A stretch of DNA of 64,000 nt from Octopus sinensis (lineage: Eukaryota), in contig NC_043008.1 of the NCBI RefSeq assembly GCF_006345805.1, positions 41,354,001-41,418,000 on the forward strand, in the 5' to 3' direction. This document shows positions 28,666 through 41,527 of the stretch, piece after piece. The translations under genes were made by a program, and so were the position numbers. Each line of letters opens with the position of its first letter. Position 1 is the first letter of the stretch. The notes below the pieces were generated by a model. That model saw nothing but the letters and a program-made list of their open reading frames with translations, was not told the DNA's origin and did no database searches.

Positions 28666-28716
<51 letters not shown>

Positions 28717-28794
28717 CATGTTTGTATGTATTTCTATGCATATGTATATACAATTTTGGAGTAGCATGCATATATACATCAATATATACATACA

Positions 28795-28828
<34 letters not shown>

Positions 28829-29420
28829 CATACATACATACATTCATACATACATACATACATACATACATACATACATACATTCATACATTCATACATA
28901 CATACATACATACATACATACAGATCGTTAATTTTACTTGCGCACAAGAAGCATATTATTGTCCTTTTGACCAGATAATTATTTAAGTATCTAAAAGGTC
29001 GCATAATTACATTAAACCAACTTTTCATTATCTGTAATTAAAGTTCATAATTTTCTATATCATTTTTATAAAATTCATTGTTGCCCTCGAGGTCGTATCA
29101 TTTCGATAAAAAAAGAACTTTTATTTAATTACATTTTTAATTAAATTAATTAATAATTTTCAAATGTTAACAAATATCGAATCTCATTATTCTGTTTTGT
29201 TATTGCCTTCATGTTTTATATGAATGCTTAGTTAGATGTACCATTAAAATAGTTGTACTCCCCGTTATGTAAACAATCAATTATATTCTGATTATTGTCT
29301 TATACAAATCGCGAATGAAACGACAGGTTGGGGCACTTAAATATTTTATTTCATGTCTTTTCATTCATCTGTTCTAAATAGAATTACGTCGCATCAAATA
29401 CTCACAGTTATGTTTTAAAA

Positions 29421-29812
29421 TCTCTATATATAAAGCTGAAGTTGTCTGTGTATGGCAGGTTTGGTAGCCTTCAACTAACACTATCTCCTCCAAGATCCTG
29501 CGTGGCAAGTTGACCAAAATTGAGAGTCTCATAGAAGAAGGCTTGCTCTTCCTTCCGTAGAAGAAAAAATTCAAATCGGACCATGTTAACACCAAAACTT
29601 ATTTACATCGAAAATGTGCTTTTTTTCTATCAAAATTCCTATTTTTTACGATTTTTTGACTGATGTGTCGCCATTTTTCGGTGTATTCCAACCAAAAAAA
29701 TTTTCACTTAAAGAGAATAACAAGCTACATAATGCCAATTTTTTACTTTTCAAAAATTTCAATTCTAAAGGGTCGGAAAAAAACCCGAACATCGCGCGGG
29801 CGATACTGCTTG
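29421..29812 (+). mobile_element. Non-autonomous Helitron
   Basis: 5' A|TCTCTATATATAAAG; 3' GC-rich hairpin CCCGAACATCGCGCGGG followed by CGATACTGCTTG|T (CTAG-like end); A|T insertion site, no TSD. Confidence 0.7.
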
Positions 29813-32345
29813 TATATGATAAAATTCTTATGCGACTGCTAACATTTAAAGGACAATAAAGACATTTATTGGAAACAAGACGTAGAATATGGGCAAATTA
29901 TCTCTGTAATATATAGAATCACTACATTTACTGTTCTCTGTTTTGATTGGTTCAATATAGTTTTGCCACCCCGGGCCAACTATGAACGAGTGGAACTACC
30001 AGAAAAGTTTACATATCCTTGATCCTCTTTTTCTTCATCCTTATTTAATTGGCACAGGTATAAATAGTTTGATTAGCAATCGACTAAATAACTGCATACC
30101 TTTATATTAGGCTCCAGCGTGTGGGAGCTAGGGCTAGTGACCTCTCTTATAACCTAACGTTTTTTGAGTGAGGGTGTTAATGTAGTTGTGTGAACCTCCA
30201 CTTCTCTCTTCCTTGTCACCGTTCCAGTAGTGTTTTTGTTTTTGTTTTTGGTTATTTTTTTTCGTAATTCTTCTTCAAACTCCAGGAATTTATTGGTATA
30301 TTATGCACATGGTTCTCTTATAAATTTCAGAAAAATTATTTACGCTTGATAAATGGTATATGAATAGTGTTTAGTGTTTGGCACGCGCACGCGCATGTGT
30401 ATGTACGTATTGATGTCTGTGTGTGTGTGTGTGTGTGTATGTGTGTCCAATCCTAGATACATTTTACACTGCTTAGAAAATGGTAGATTTGCTAATGTTT
30501 AGTTACTTAGCAGTTCAAGAAATATATATCAGATATAATAAATTCCTGTATTTAAACTAAGTACCGGAGTCGATAGTTTTCATAGCCTCTTCAAACATGA
30601 TGCTGTAGGATGCCAAAATTCAACAGTGGAAGAAGAATACGAATTTATTAATTGTTTTTAAGAAGGCAAAGTGATTTGAAAGTTGTTTCACTTCCATTTC
30701 TAGCAGGAAGCATTGACGCAGAGATCAAAATCTCGTTTTATCAAGCTGCAAGAAGATAATCTCTTACTGTGCCTCTTATAAGGTGTGCATGAGTATGTAT
30801 ATGGCAAGGGCGTTTAAGTGTGTGTGCCTATGTATTTGTTTATGTATTTCTTTATCTATCTGTCTTTTTAACTATCTGTGTGTGTGTGCGTGTGTGCTCG
30901 TGTGTGTGGGCGCGTGTTTTTGTCAGTATGCGCATGTGTTTGTGCGTGTATGCTTAGATGGGATCGTGCAATGTATGTAAGTGTGATAGAAGTGATTGAA
31001 AGAGAAGTAAATGCTCCCATGAGCTGATATTCCTTTTATATTTACATCCTGTAAGCGAAATATTTAGCGCTGCAATTAAGTTCCAATTAGTGATGTTGCA
31101 CCAACATTTCTACCATTTCGGACGAGAGAATATGGAGATGGATGTATTTACCTAAATGTTATACAGATGAGAATTAACCTTCAGCGCACTGCTCTTAACA
31201 TCCAATTATTGTAACCTCAACGTGAATGCATAAAACCCTTCTGCATTAATAGCCAGGCATCGTATTATACAATCTGTCGAAGCAATAAAGAGACAGAAGC
31301 GTTTTGACAGATGATTAAATTGCTTGTTGTATTTAATTACCCAATTTTGCCTTCTAAGTACAGACCCTGTTTAAATTTGTTGTACTTTTCATCATGCCTT
31401 TATCAGTAGTATAGTTATCTGCGACTTAGTACTTCTATTTTTTACTTTTTCGTTTCCTATTTCCCTCTTCTGCTTCTTTTCTTTTCTCCTCCAAGTATCG
31501 ATGGTCTTCCACGCCGACTAACAAATTAAACATTAGTAGGTATTTCTGAAGCCTATATTAAAGTATCGAATGCCTTTTTTATTTGCCTTTTTCGTTGTCT
31601 CCTGTCCAGATTTCCTGATTGTCACTAAACACTAAATGCCATTTATTTACATATGGTGCAAAATTCATTTTCCTTTTTATGCCGTTATTAATCTTCCTCG
31701 TGGATTTTTGCTTTTGTAAAGATTTCGCTGTTTGTGTAACTATTGCCATTTATCTAAAAATGATGTTAGAATGTCCGCAAAAATCCTTTGCCATATACCT
31801 TCAAGCGTCTTACATTCCCAGTTAAAGTCTCACCGAGTTCAACTTTAGTTTTTATTCTTGCAGAGTCGATGAAATGATGTACTAGCAAATTAATGAGGTC
31901 GATGATATCGTGTAACCCAACTCACTTAAAATTACTCTCTTCGTACCTAAATCAGCCACCATTATAACAGTTTGAACATACACGTTGACTAGTAGAATAA
32001 TTAGAACGTTGGCAAAATGATTTGCAGTAATTCTCACACAAAACTAATGCGGCAAGCTGGAACAATCGACAGCACGCCGGGTAAAATGCTTAGTGGCATT
32101 TCGTTCGTCTGTACGTTTTAAGTTTAAATTACACCAGGGTTAACTTTGACGTTCAATCATTCGAGGTCCATTAAATAAGTACTAGTTGGGCAATGGGGAC
32201 GATATAATCGAATGATTCACCCCCTCGAACTTGTTGGCTTGGTGGCATACTTTGAAACCAAACTTTTCGCCATCAAGTAATGCGTCAATGTTATAAATTA
32301 ATTGATTCCAGAAAGCGAATGGTACTTTATTCAGGTAGAAGATGG

Positions 32346-32346
<1 letters not shown>

Positions 32347-32414
<68 letters not shown>

Positions 32415-32749
32415 GTGTCTCTAAACGAAATGGAGAAAATCTCAAAATACAAAGACCTGGAAATAGAGGTAACCAGAATGTGGAATCTAAAAACAGAAAC
32501 AATTCCTATCATAGTAGGTGCATTAGGCATGATAAAAAAATATTCAGACAAATACATAACAAAAACACCAGGACTTACAAATACATATAACATACAGAAA
32601 ATTGCACTACTAGGCACTGCACACATCCTACGCAGAACACTTTCCATACAATAACCATCAGAGCATCACAACAAATCACAGCACATACCTAAGGCACACA
32701 GAGCTGCGCTCGGTAGTGAAGTGAAAGCACGCTATAAAAAATAAAACTA

Positions 32750-32812
<63 letters not shown>

Positions 32813-32876
32813 TATAATAATAATAATAATAGTAATAATAATAATAGTAATAATAATAATAATAGTAATAATAATA

Positions 32877-32907
<31 letters not shown>

Positions 32908-32936
32908 GTAATAATAATATAATAATAATAATAATA

Positions 32937-32972
<36 letters not shown>

Positions 32973-33093
32973 GTAATAATAATAATAATAATAATAGTAA
33001 TAAAATAGTAATAGTAATAATAATAGTAATAGTAATAATAATAGTAATAATATAATAATAATAGTAATAATAATAGTAATAGTAATAGTAATA

Positions 33094-33161
<68 letters not shown>

Positions 33162-33162
33162 T

Positions 33163-33219
<57 letters not shown>
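32347..33219. repeat. Long (AAT)n microsatellite (with AGT variants) interrupted by a retroelement
   Basis: (AAT)n at 32347-32412 and 32752-33219. Confidence 0.95.
32413..32752 (+). mobile_element. 5'-truncated R4/Dong-clade non-LTR retrotransposon (end of restriction-like endonuclease + 3'UTR)
   Basis: NVSLNEMEKISKYKDLEIEVTRMWNLKTETIPIIVGALGMIKK..QKIALLGTAHILRRTLSIQ* (stop 32652-32654) matches the R4/Dong C-terminus EK..KY.DL..E..RMW...VP.VVGALG; embedded in (TAA)n, the known Dong target. Confidence 0.85.
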
Positions 33220-33768
33220 GATGCAGTACCAGGCAGTGGCTCTCATGGCTTCTGATCTTAACTGATTGGAAGTGTTATCATGTACATTGTTTTGTCTTGG
33301 TATAAAAGATGGGCTACAGCAAATATTCTGCTCAATACCACAGATTTGCTTGTCAGTTGTTTGACCTTAACCAGTTGAGCATGTCCCTTAGTGGCTGACG
33401 ATATGTGCATCTCTGATCACGAGCAGAAGTAGTGGGGGAGCATCATAGCCATGTGTTGAGAGGGATTCTTTGGGGTTTGAATAGTTCACCTCTGGAAACA
33501 TGGGTGGTTCTTTCAACATCCTTAAACAACCCTTATTCAGGGACCGTTTGAGCGTGATGGGCTACTCAACCTGAATAAAATTCTAACTGGGCCCCACCTG
33601 CAAGGTCATGCACAGTTTATCTTGATATGAGATCACCATGTCGCGCACATATGGTTGTGATGCATGTGCCTGGTGTACCTTTATCAGACGGGTAGTCATG
33701 ATGGGTATATTGGGCTTCGTATATTTTACCCCAGTGTCACTTTGATGGCATGAACTGCTCTCTCACTC
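33220..33768 (+). mobile_element. Element E, longest copy (549 bp, non-coding, inside (AAT)n)
   Basis: Flanked by (AAT)n on both sides; homologs at 4740-4990 and 5033-5308. Confidence 0.85.
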
Positions 33769-34650
33769 AATAATAATAATAAATAATAATAATGGTTTGT
33801 GATATCAGTGGAGATATTTTGTATCTGAATACGATAAGAATAATCAGACGACTTGACAAATTCATCCTCATCGAACGCGAAACGACGAAAGCGAAAGTTA
33901 ACATTGGCGAGATTTAAACTGAAAATGTAAAGAACCGAAAAAAAGGAACATCATCTGCAACAGCAGAAACAGAAGCAGAAGCAATGCCATCTACCACAAG
34001 AACAGCGGTATATTTTCCGTCAGGGAATAACATAACGAATTGGCAAATTCATTAATGCGTCGGATAGCGTGCCTGATGGTGTTTGATCTGTTTTCCCCCC
34101 AAGCTGAGTAGAAACACTGCAGCCGTCGATATTTCTTTCATTCATAGATCAATACACAATGCAGCGGTCATGTGCTGGGATCGATTTCTTTTTGCCTTTG
34201 TTCTTGGGAATCTCCCTGCCGAAGAGGCCAAAGACTGTGCATTCGTGTCACAGTTGTATCAACCTTTTCACCAGCACACTATGTTACATGAACGAACAAG
34301 GCTAAATAATGATTTATTTTATACAAGTCTGATAAATGTAGTTAATTACTGAACATCTCCATAACAAGCTACTTTCAACATAAAGTAGTTTACGCTAAGA
34401 TATTCAGTATCAACGCTTTAACAATTACAATTACACCCGTGAGATTTTACCTATTAAGTAGGCAAAAGCAATGATAACACCCGTTTATTATAGGTTTCTG
34501 TGCAATCGTCATGTCACTATATTTTATAAAATATATTTGTTACTAAGTAAAATTATAGATACAAACACGCGTTAAAGGAAACTATTACCATTGCATATAT
34601 TTGTGAATGTAGTTTTGGTTTATGTTTGTGTGTAGACATACGAACGCCTG

Positions 34651-34682
<32 letters not shown>

Positions 34683-34836
34683 ATAACAAAGGGTAAAATT
34701 ATTTAATTAACTAGTAACCAATAATTTCATCAAGTAGAATATGGCATGAAAAGGGACCGTTTCTCGGTAAATTTAAGTAATATTTTATGATCCATTATTA
34801 TAATAATAATTATAAAATATATATGTATGTATATAC

Positions 34837-34885
<49 letters not shown>

Positions 34886-34895
34886 TTTTCCTATG

Positions 34896-34928
34896 TTTCT
34901 GACAAAGAGCTCCGCTCGAAACGTTAAA
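34896..34928 (+). ncRNA. Minimal type-I hammerhead ribozyme motif, G8A lesion
   Basis: UUU CUGACAA A GAGC-UCC-GCUC GAAAC GUU AAA: stem I UUU/AAA, stem II GAGC/GCUC, palindromic AACGUU stem III. Confidence 0.7.
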
Positions 34929-35062
34929 TCCTCCTTCTTTCTTTCTTTTCCTGAGCGTCCAATAACACTATACTTGTTCCACGTTCTCGCGTTGTTGTGT
35001 TTTCTCTTTAGTGGCGATTTTTTTCTCCGTCTTCCCTTCCTTGGATCTTTCCTCTTCCTATG

Positions 35063-35095
35063 TTTCTGACGAAGAGCTCCGCTTAAAACGTTAAA
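35063..35095 (+). ncRNA. Minimal type-I hammerhead ribozyme motif, C11.1U/G12A lesions
   Basis: UUU CUGACGA A GAGC-UCC-GCUU AAAAC GUU AAA. Confidence 0.7.
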
Positions 35096-35269
35096 TCCTC
35101 CTTTCTTTCCTTTCCTGAAAGTCCAATAACACTATACTTCTTCCACTTCCTTGCGCTGTTGTGTTTTCTCTGTTGTGTTTTCATGATTGGATTAACTATG
35201 TATGTGTGTGTGTATACGTACACGTATGTGTGTACATATATATGCAAAGACATGTCGTATACATCGTCT

Positions 35270-35925
35270 GCGCAACCGCATTGAAATTATTCTAAAACTA
35301 CTTTGTAGTCACATACCCAATTTCATTCGGGATGACATCGATTTCCTGTCACATTTGCCCAAAACAACAGAATCCAATTCACTGTTAGTTAATTTCGTTG
35401 TAAAAAACTTATATACGAACATTCCACGTGATTTAGGAATTAATGCCATTGGGTCTAGAACATAGAAAAGCGATCCCCAGTAGATTTACAGCAACCTTCA
35501 TACTAGACGCCGTCAGCCGCATCCTCGAAAACAATATATTACATTTCAACGGAAAAAAACTAGCACCAAATTTGAGGCACATGTACGGGAATGCGATTTG
35601 CTCCAGTTTACACGAACTCAACACTAGGATACTTGGAACAAAACCTATAGTAAAATGATTGAAGAGATCTACAGTATAACTTTTAAAAGACATATAGAGG
35701 ACACATGGAAAAGATATCTCAATGATTGTTTCCTAATACCGCTAAGCGTATCACCCGGCGTGCTAATGATTCTGCCACCCAAAACACACAAAACGCAACA
35801 TCCCGTACTGTCAAACCAGGAAAATTTGTACTATAGTAGATGGTTCAAATACCAGAAATATTCGACTTATAGAACTCAAAGGATTTCTGCTCAAGCAAAA
35901 TTACGCTTTCCTACTTATAGAATGA
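35270..35925 (+). mobile_element. Penelope-like element reverse transcriptase relic (frameshifted, interrupted by a SINE-C fragment)
   Basis: HIPNFIRDDIDFL..LLVNFVVKNLYTNIP (motif DVxSLYTNIP), ILENNILHFNGK, GTCTGMRFAPVYTNSTLGYLE, WKRYLNDCFLI (YxDD), then PKHTKRNIPYCQTRKICTIV..LKQNY at 35779-35925. Confidence 0.85.
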
Positions 35926-36129
35926 TGGACTATACAGGACTGGATGAGTCACGTGAGATGGGGAGTCGCTCAAGTGGTCACGGGATATATATCAATAGCT
36001 TGGATATATAACGTAGCTGTGCGATAAGAATCTTACTTCCCAACCACATGGTTCCGGCCAATAACCGGTAAATGGTTCTGTCTGTGTGAGTGTGTGTGCG
36101 CGTTCGTGTCTGTGCGTGTGTGTGTTTGT

Positions 36130-36176
<47 letters not shown>

Positions 36177-36671
36177 ACATACTTGAAAAGTCCTGAATTT
36201 CTTCTGCAGTGAAAATAAAATTGTTGTATAAGCATTTTCCGCAAAAGAAAATATGATACCGTTTCAACCAATCCCAACCCGCCCCCGGATGGGACTACAA
36301 CATCTACAAGTGCTCATTTCCTCTTTGTATAAACTGATCTTGTGTGAGACTAGCGAGTATTTAATTTCATTTGACTTTGAAATACCAATGAGAACAGCGA
36401 GTTTTCAATCCTGGGTTGTTAGGTGGTGTACAATAGACGTTTAATAGAGAGTGGCCAAAGATGTAGGGGTTGCGGGTGGATCTGTTGCTAGTGATCTTTA
36501 ATAAAATGAAAGAAGGATATAAATATCAGGATCATCGCATATGATGAACAAAAAATGAATGTATGATGGAGTGTCTATGTTTAAACTTGCACGCTTCAAT
36601 ATGTTTAACATGATTTGGAATTTAAAGATATACCTGATCTGTGACCTTTTTTTGTTGTTGTTTAGGTAAAT

Positions 36672-37036
36672 AGGAGTGGCTGTGTGGTAAGTAGCTTGCT
36701 TACCAACCACATGGTTCCGAGTTCAATCCCAGTGGGTGGCAACTTGGGCAAGTGCCTTCTACGATAGCCTCGAGCCGACCAAAGCCTTGTGAGTGGATTT
36801 AGTAGACGGAATCCCATTGTATATATATGTATACAGGAGTGGCTGTGTGGAATCCCATCGTATATATATGTATACAGGAGTGGCTGTGTGGTAAGTAGCT
36901 TGTCTATCAACCACATGGTTCCGGGTTCAGTCCCACTGCATGGCACCTTGGGCAAGTGTCTTCTACTATAGCCTTGGGCTGACCAAAGCCTTGTGAGTGG
37001 ATTTGGTAGACGGAAACTGAAAAGAAGCCCGTCGTA

Positions 37037-37077
<41 letters not shown>

Positions 37078-37563
37078 TATATATGCGTGTGTGTGTTTGT
37101 GTCTCTGTGTTTGTCCCCTAGCATTGCTTGACAACCAATGCTGGTGTGTTTATGTCCCCGTTACTTAGCGGTTCGGCAAAAAGAGACCGATAGAATAAGT
37201 ACTGGGCTTACAAAGAATAAGTCCCGGGGTCGAGTTCCTCGATTAAAGGCGGTGCTCCAGCATGGCCGCAGTCAAATGACTGAAACAAGTAAAGGAGTAA
37301 AAGAGTAAAGGAGTATATATATATGTATGTGTGTGTGTATATGTTGGTGCGTCTGTATTTGTCCCCCTCCAACATCGCTTAACAACCGATGCTGGTGAGT
37401 TTACGTCCCCGTCACTTAGCGGCTTGGCAAAAGGGACCGATAGAATAAGTATTAGGCTTACAAAGAATAAGTTCTGGGGTCGATTTGCTCGACTAAAGGT
37501 GATGCTCCAGCATGGCCACAGTCAAATGACTGAAACAAGTAAAAGAGTAAAGAGTAAAGAGAG
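36672..37563 (+). mobile_element. Nested SINE AB cluster (A-A-B-B)
   Basis: Heads at 36672-36808 and 36875-37036, tails at ~37095-37313 and ~37350-37563; 41-bp duplication 36810-36891. Confidence 0.9.
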
Positions 37564-37605
37564 TATATCTCTCGTGTGCGTGTGCTCGTGTGTGCCTCTG
37601 TGTGT

Positions 37606-37645
<40 letters not shown>

Positions 37646-38730
37646 CATATTTGAAAATGTGATGTCAATAAATGTCAGTTTTAGTGTGGAATTTAAAATT
37701 AGAGTTTAAAATAAAATTTGATATCAAATATACAAATTATAGGCTGGTTTAAAATTATTGACATCTATCGTACTACACTAAATAACTAGAAATAGTAGTA
37801 ATATAAGGAATGGTAAACTGAAAGATAGTAGTAATTTAAAAAGTATTCGAAGACGACGAACTGAAAGAATTGGTAGCACACAGGACAAAATGATTAGTAC
37901 CGTTTCTTCCGTCTTTGAGATCTGAGTTCAAATACTACCGAAGTCGACTTTGTCTTTCCTCCTTTCAGCTTTGACATATTTATGTCGACCCTGTTGAGCA
38001 TTTCACTAACGTACACGTCCGAAATTTCTGGCATTGTGCCAAAATTTTAAAAACAATATACAAAGTATACCGTTGTCCAAATGTTTTCGTGTTTCCAGGA
38101 TCGACTCAAGTCATGTTCTAGAGTCGGTGTAAACGAATGTATCGTTCACAATGCATACTCGTCATTGTGCCTCTGACAAAACTAATGGAAATTAAACATA
38201 TATGATTCGAATTAACCTAAAAAATATTCCAAGCAATTAAATGTTAGCAACACACATCTATCGGATCGAAGCTCCGTCGAAAACAGAATCATCGCTAGAA
38301 TATAAGATACAAGTATGCTAGATATAGCATGCGTATTAAGTAAGGGAGCAGGCAGCTATAGACTGGGATATGTATTCATGTTTGGTATGTAAAGCAATAA
38401 GTTGTCTCAAAGGAAACACGTGCCAGCCTGACAGGGTCTCAGATTATTACTCATATGTATATTCTTTGAATTGACACGTTCCAATTCGTTTGAATATGCG
38501 AAATATGGATATTTCACGCGCATAATATATGTGTATGTGTGTGTGTCTGTGTCCAACGGACAGCCATGTTGAGGTGAGTATAATGTTAAGGTGAATACGA
38601 ATGTTATATATATATATAATATATATATATATAATATATATACATATATATATACACATATATATAATACACATATATATATACATACATATATATATAT
38701 ATACATATATCCATATACATATATATATAT

Positions 38731-38770
<40 letters not shown>

Positions 38771-38918
38771 CATATATATATATATACATATATGTATACA
38801 CACACCCATATTATATATATATATATATATATATAAGGGATATATAGATCGATATATACATATATGTATATATGCATATATACATATATATATATACATA
38901 CATACATATATATATGCA

Positions 38919-38960
<42 letters not shown>

Positions 38961-39331
38961 ATATATATGCATATATAGATATACATATACATACACACAG
39001 AAAGAGAAAAGAAGGGTATAGAAAGTAAGCAATATCTCGATATACGTAGAGGAAGAAATGTTTTGCCATACGCTCGTTCACCTTTTCATGACATCCAATA
39101 TTCCAGCGTGTTTTGGTAGACATGAGCCAGAATATTGAAAACATCAGAAGCAAGAAACGCGGTGACACCAAAGAAATATTATGTCAAATAGGTGAAAGAT
39201 AACAGATACATCAAACACACACCCTTGCTGATTCATACACTTCCTGATCAATGCCTAAGGCATTTATTAATATATATACACATGTATATATATATATATG
39301 TATATATAATATGTATATATATACATATATA

Positions 39332-39380
<49 letters not shown>

Positions 39381-39959
39381 TTCATACATATATATATATA
39401 TTGTGTGTATACATAAATATTATAAATATATATTCACAAATTCCTTATACATTTAGGTATGTGTGTGTGTATATATTTGCATTCACACATATATATGTAG
39501 GCCCTTATATGTGAATACTCATAATTACATCCCACATACGCACGATCAGACCTATATGTGTGTCTATCTGCTTATGCATGTTATGTCAACTGTGAGTGTA
39601 TGCATGTGTTGTATTTCCGTGCACTTCACATTGAGCAGTGTCTCCAGTGTCTGTAGTTCTGCATTTGTATATATATATATATATGTATTCGTGGATGGTG
39701 GATAAATTATATTTCATGGAAGTCCACTTCGGAGATTCACTCTATCTGAATTCAAATTACATACATTGAAAGAAGCATAATATGCATATAGTTATGTGTG
39801 TGTATCTATGTATACATATATATATGGGTGTGTTTGTGTTTGGAGACATATATATATATATGTATATATACATACATATATATATATATGTATATATATA
39901 TGTACGTATATCTACATATCTCTTTATATCTATATATGTACATATATATGTCTATATAA

Positions 39960-40021
<62 letters not shown>

Positions 40022-40266
40022 CATATATATGTATATATAAATATGTATATATATATATATGTGTGTGTGTAGATATTTTAGATAAATATGTATGCATATA
40101 TATGCATATATACATTTGCATATATCTACATAAATGAATACACACACACTTATATACGCCTGTGGGTTCTTTTAACTGTTTTGCTCTATGTTTCAATGAA
40201 TAACATGATGATATTTGGTGTATGAATATTGCAGACACAAATATACATACAAATATATATATATAT

Positions 40267-40313
<47 letters not shown>

Positions 40314-40608
40314 ATAATATATATAGTATATTCATACACAAATATTTATGTATAAATATATATATATATATATATATGTAGTTTCTATTTTCTTTTTTTA
40401 ACATCTATTGCTCTTATACATATATGCATATATATATATATCCGTTTGTATATACATGAATGTATATATGTAGATAAATGGAAAACTCCCATATGTGTTA
40501 ACATTTGTGTATGTATAAATGGTATCGTATATTATATATAATATATATATATATATATATGTGTGTGTATGTGTGTGTGTGTGTGTTTGCGTATATATAT
40601 ATGTGTGT

Positions 40609-40765
40609 GTTTCCTCTCTCTTCCTTCTTTATGTTTCCGACGAAGAGCTCCGCTCGAAACGTCATACCTCCCTGCTTCCATTTCCTGAGCGCCTATTAAT
40701 AATAATACTGTGATTGTTCCTGTTGTTGTTGTTGTTTTTTTTGTTTCCCGTTTGGATTAAAATAT
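40609..40765 (+). mobile_element. Solo Penelope-type pseudo-LTR
   Basis: Same TATGTTTC.GACGAAGAGCTCCGCTCGAAACGT and TTCCTGAGCG motifs as 34885-35195; ends TTGGATTAA like the second tandem copy. Confidence 0.7.
40634..40667 (+). ncRNA. Minimal hammerhead motif with GUC site, U4C lesion
   Basis: UUU CCGACGA A GAGC-UCC-GCUC GAAAC GUC AUAC. Confidence 0.65.
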
Positions 40766-41334
40766 TTATATATATATATATATACACACACACACTTCTA
40801 GACAACCAATATGTGAGTCAGCGTCTTTATGTTCGATTGCTGTAATCGACGTTACATGCCACGTTGTATGTAGAATATTTAGGAAGATATACTACTTTGA
40901 ATGGACTTGCTAGAGTATTTTCGTATTTTTATATAATAACCCATGAACATAATATCCATATATATGCAACGCGATCTTTCCCTCCTCCTTTCACTTACAC
41001 TTTCTCTCTCACACTTAATCCCTCGAATCATATATGCATATGTGCGTGTGTATGTGTGTGTGTGTGTGTGTGTGAGTGTGTGTGCTTGCGTTTTCTACAT
41101 AAAGCAGACGGAGATTAATAGTTACGTACGTCCAAACATTATTCATATATTCATAAAAAACGCACATAGAATTATACCTAATACTCGTATTCGTTATCCA
41201 CCGTACAAACATACGCATTTACAAACTCACTCGCACACATCACACACACACACACGCAAAGATGCACATTAATATATACACACACGGAAGTGTGAATATA
41301 TATAAATAAATAAATATATATATATGTGTGTGTA

Positions 41335-41361
<27 letters not shown>

Positions 41362-41369
<8 letters not shown>

Positions 41370-41484
41370 GTATCATTATTTAAGTATGTAATGTATACGT
41401 ATATCAGTATCATATATAATGTATATGACTGTGTGAATATTTATATGTGTATATATATATATAATATATATCTATATATCTATC

Positions 41485-41527
<43 letters not shown>

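Larger units (their letters stand above)
34885..35195 (+). repeat. Tandem 167-bp repeat resembling Penelope pseudo-LTRs
   Basis: CCTATGTTTCTGAC..AACGTTAAATCCTCC..TTCCTGA..GTCCAATAACACTATACTT occurs twice with period 167. Confidence 0.85.
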
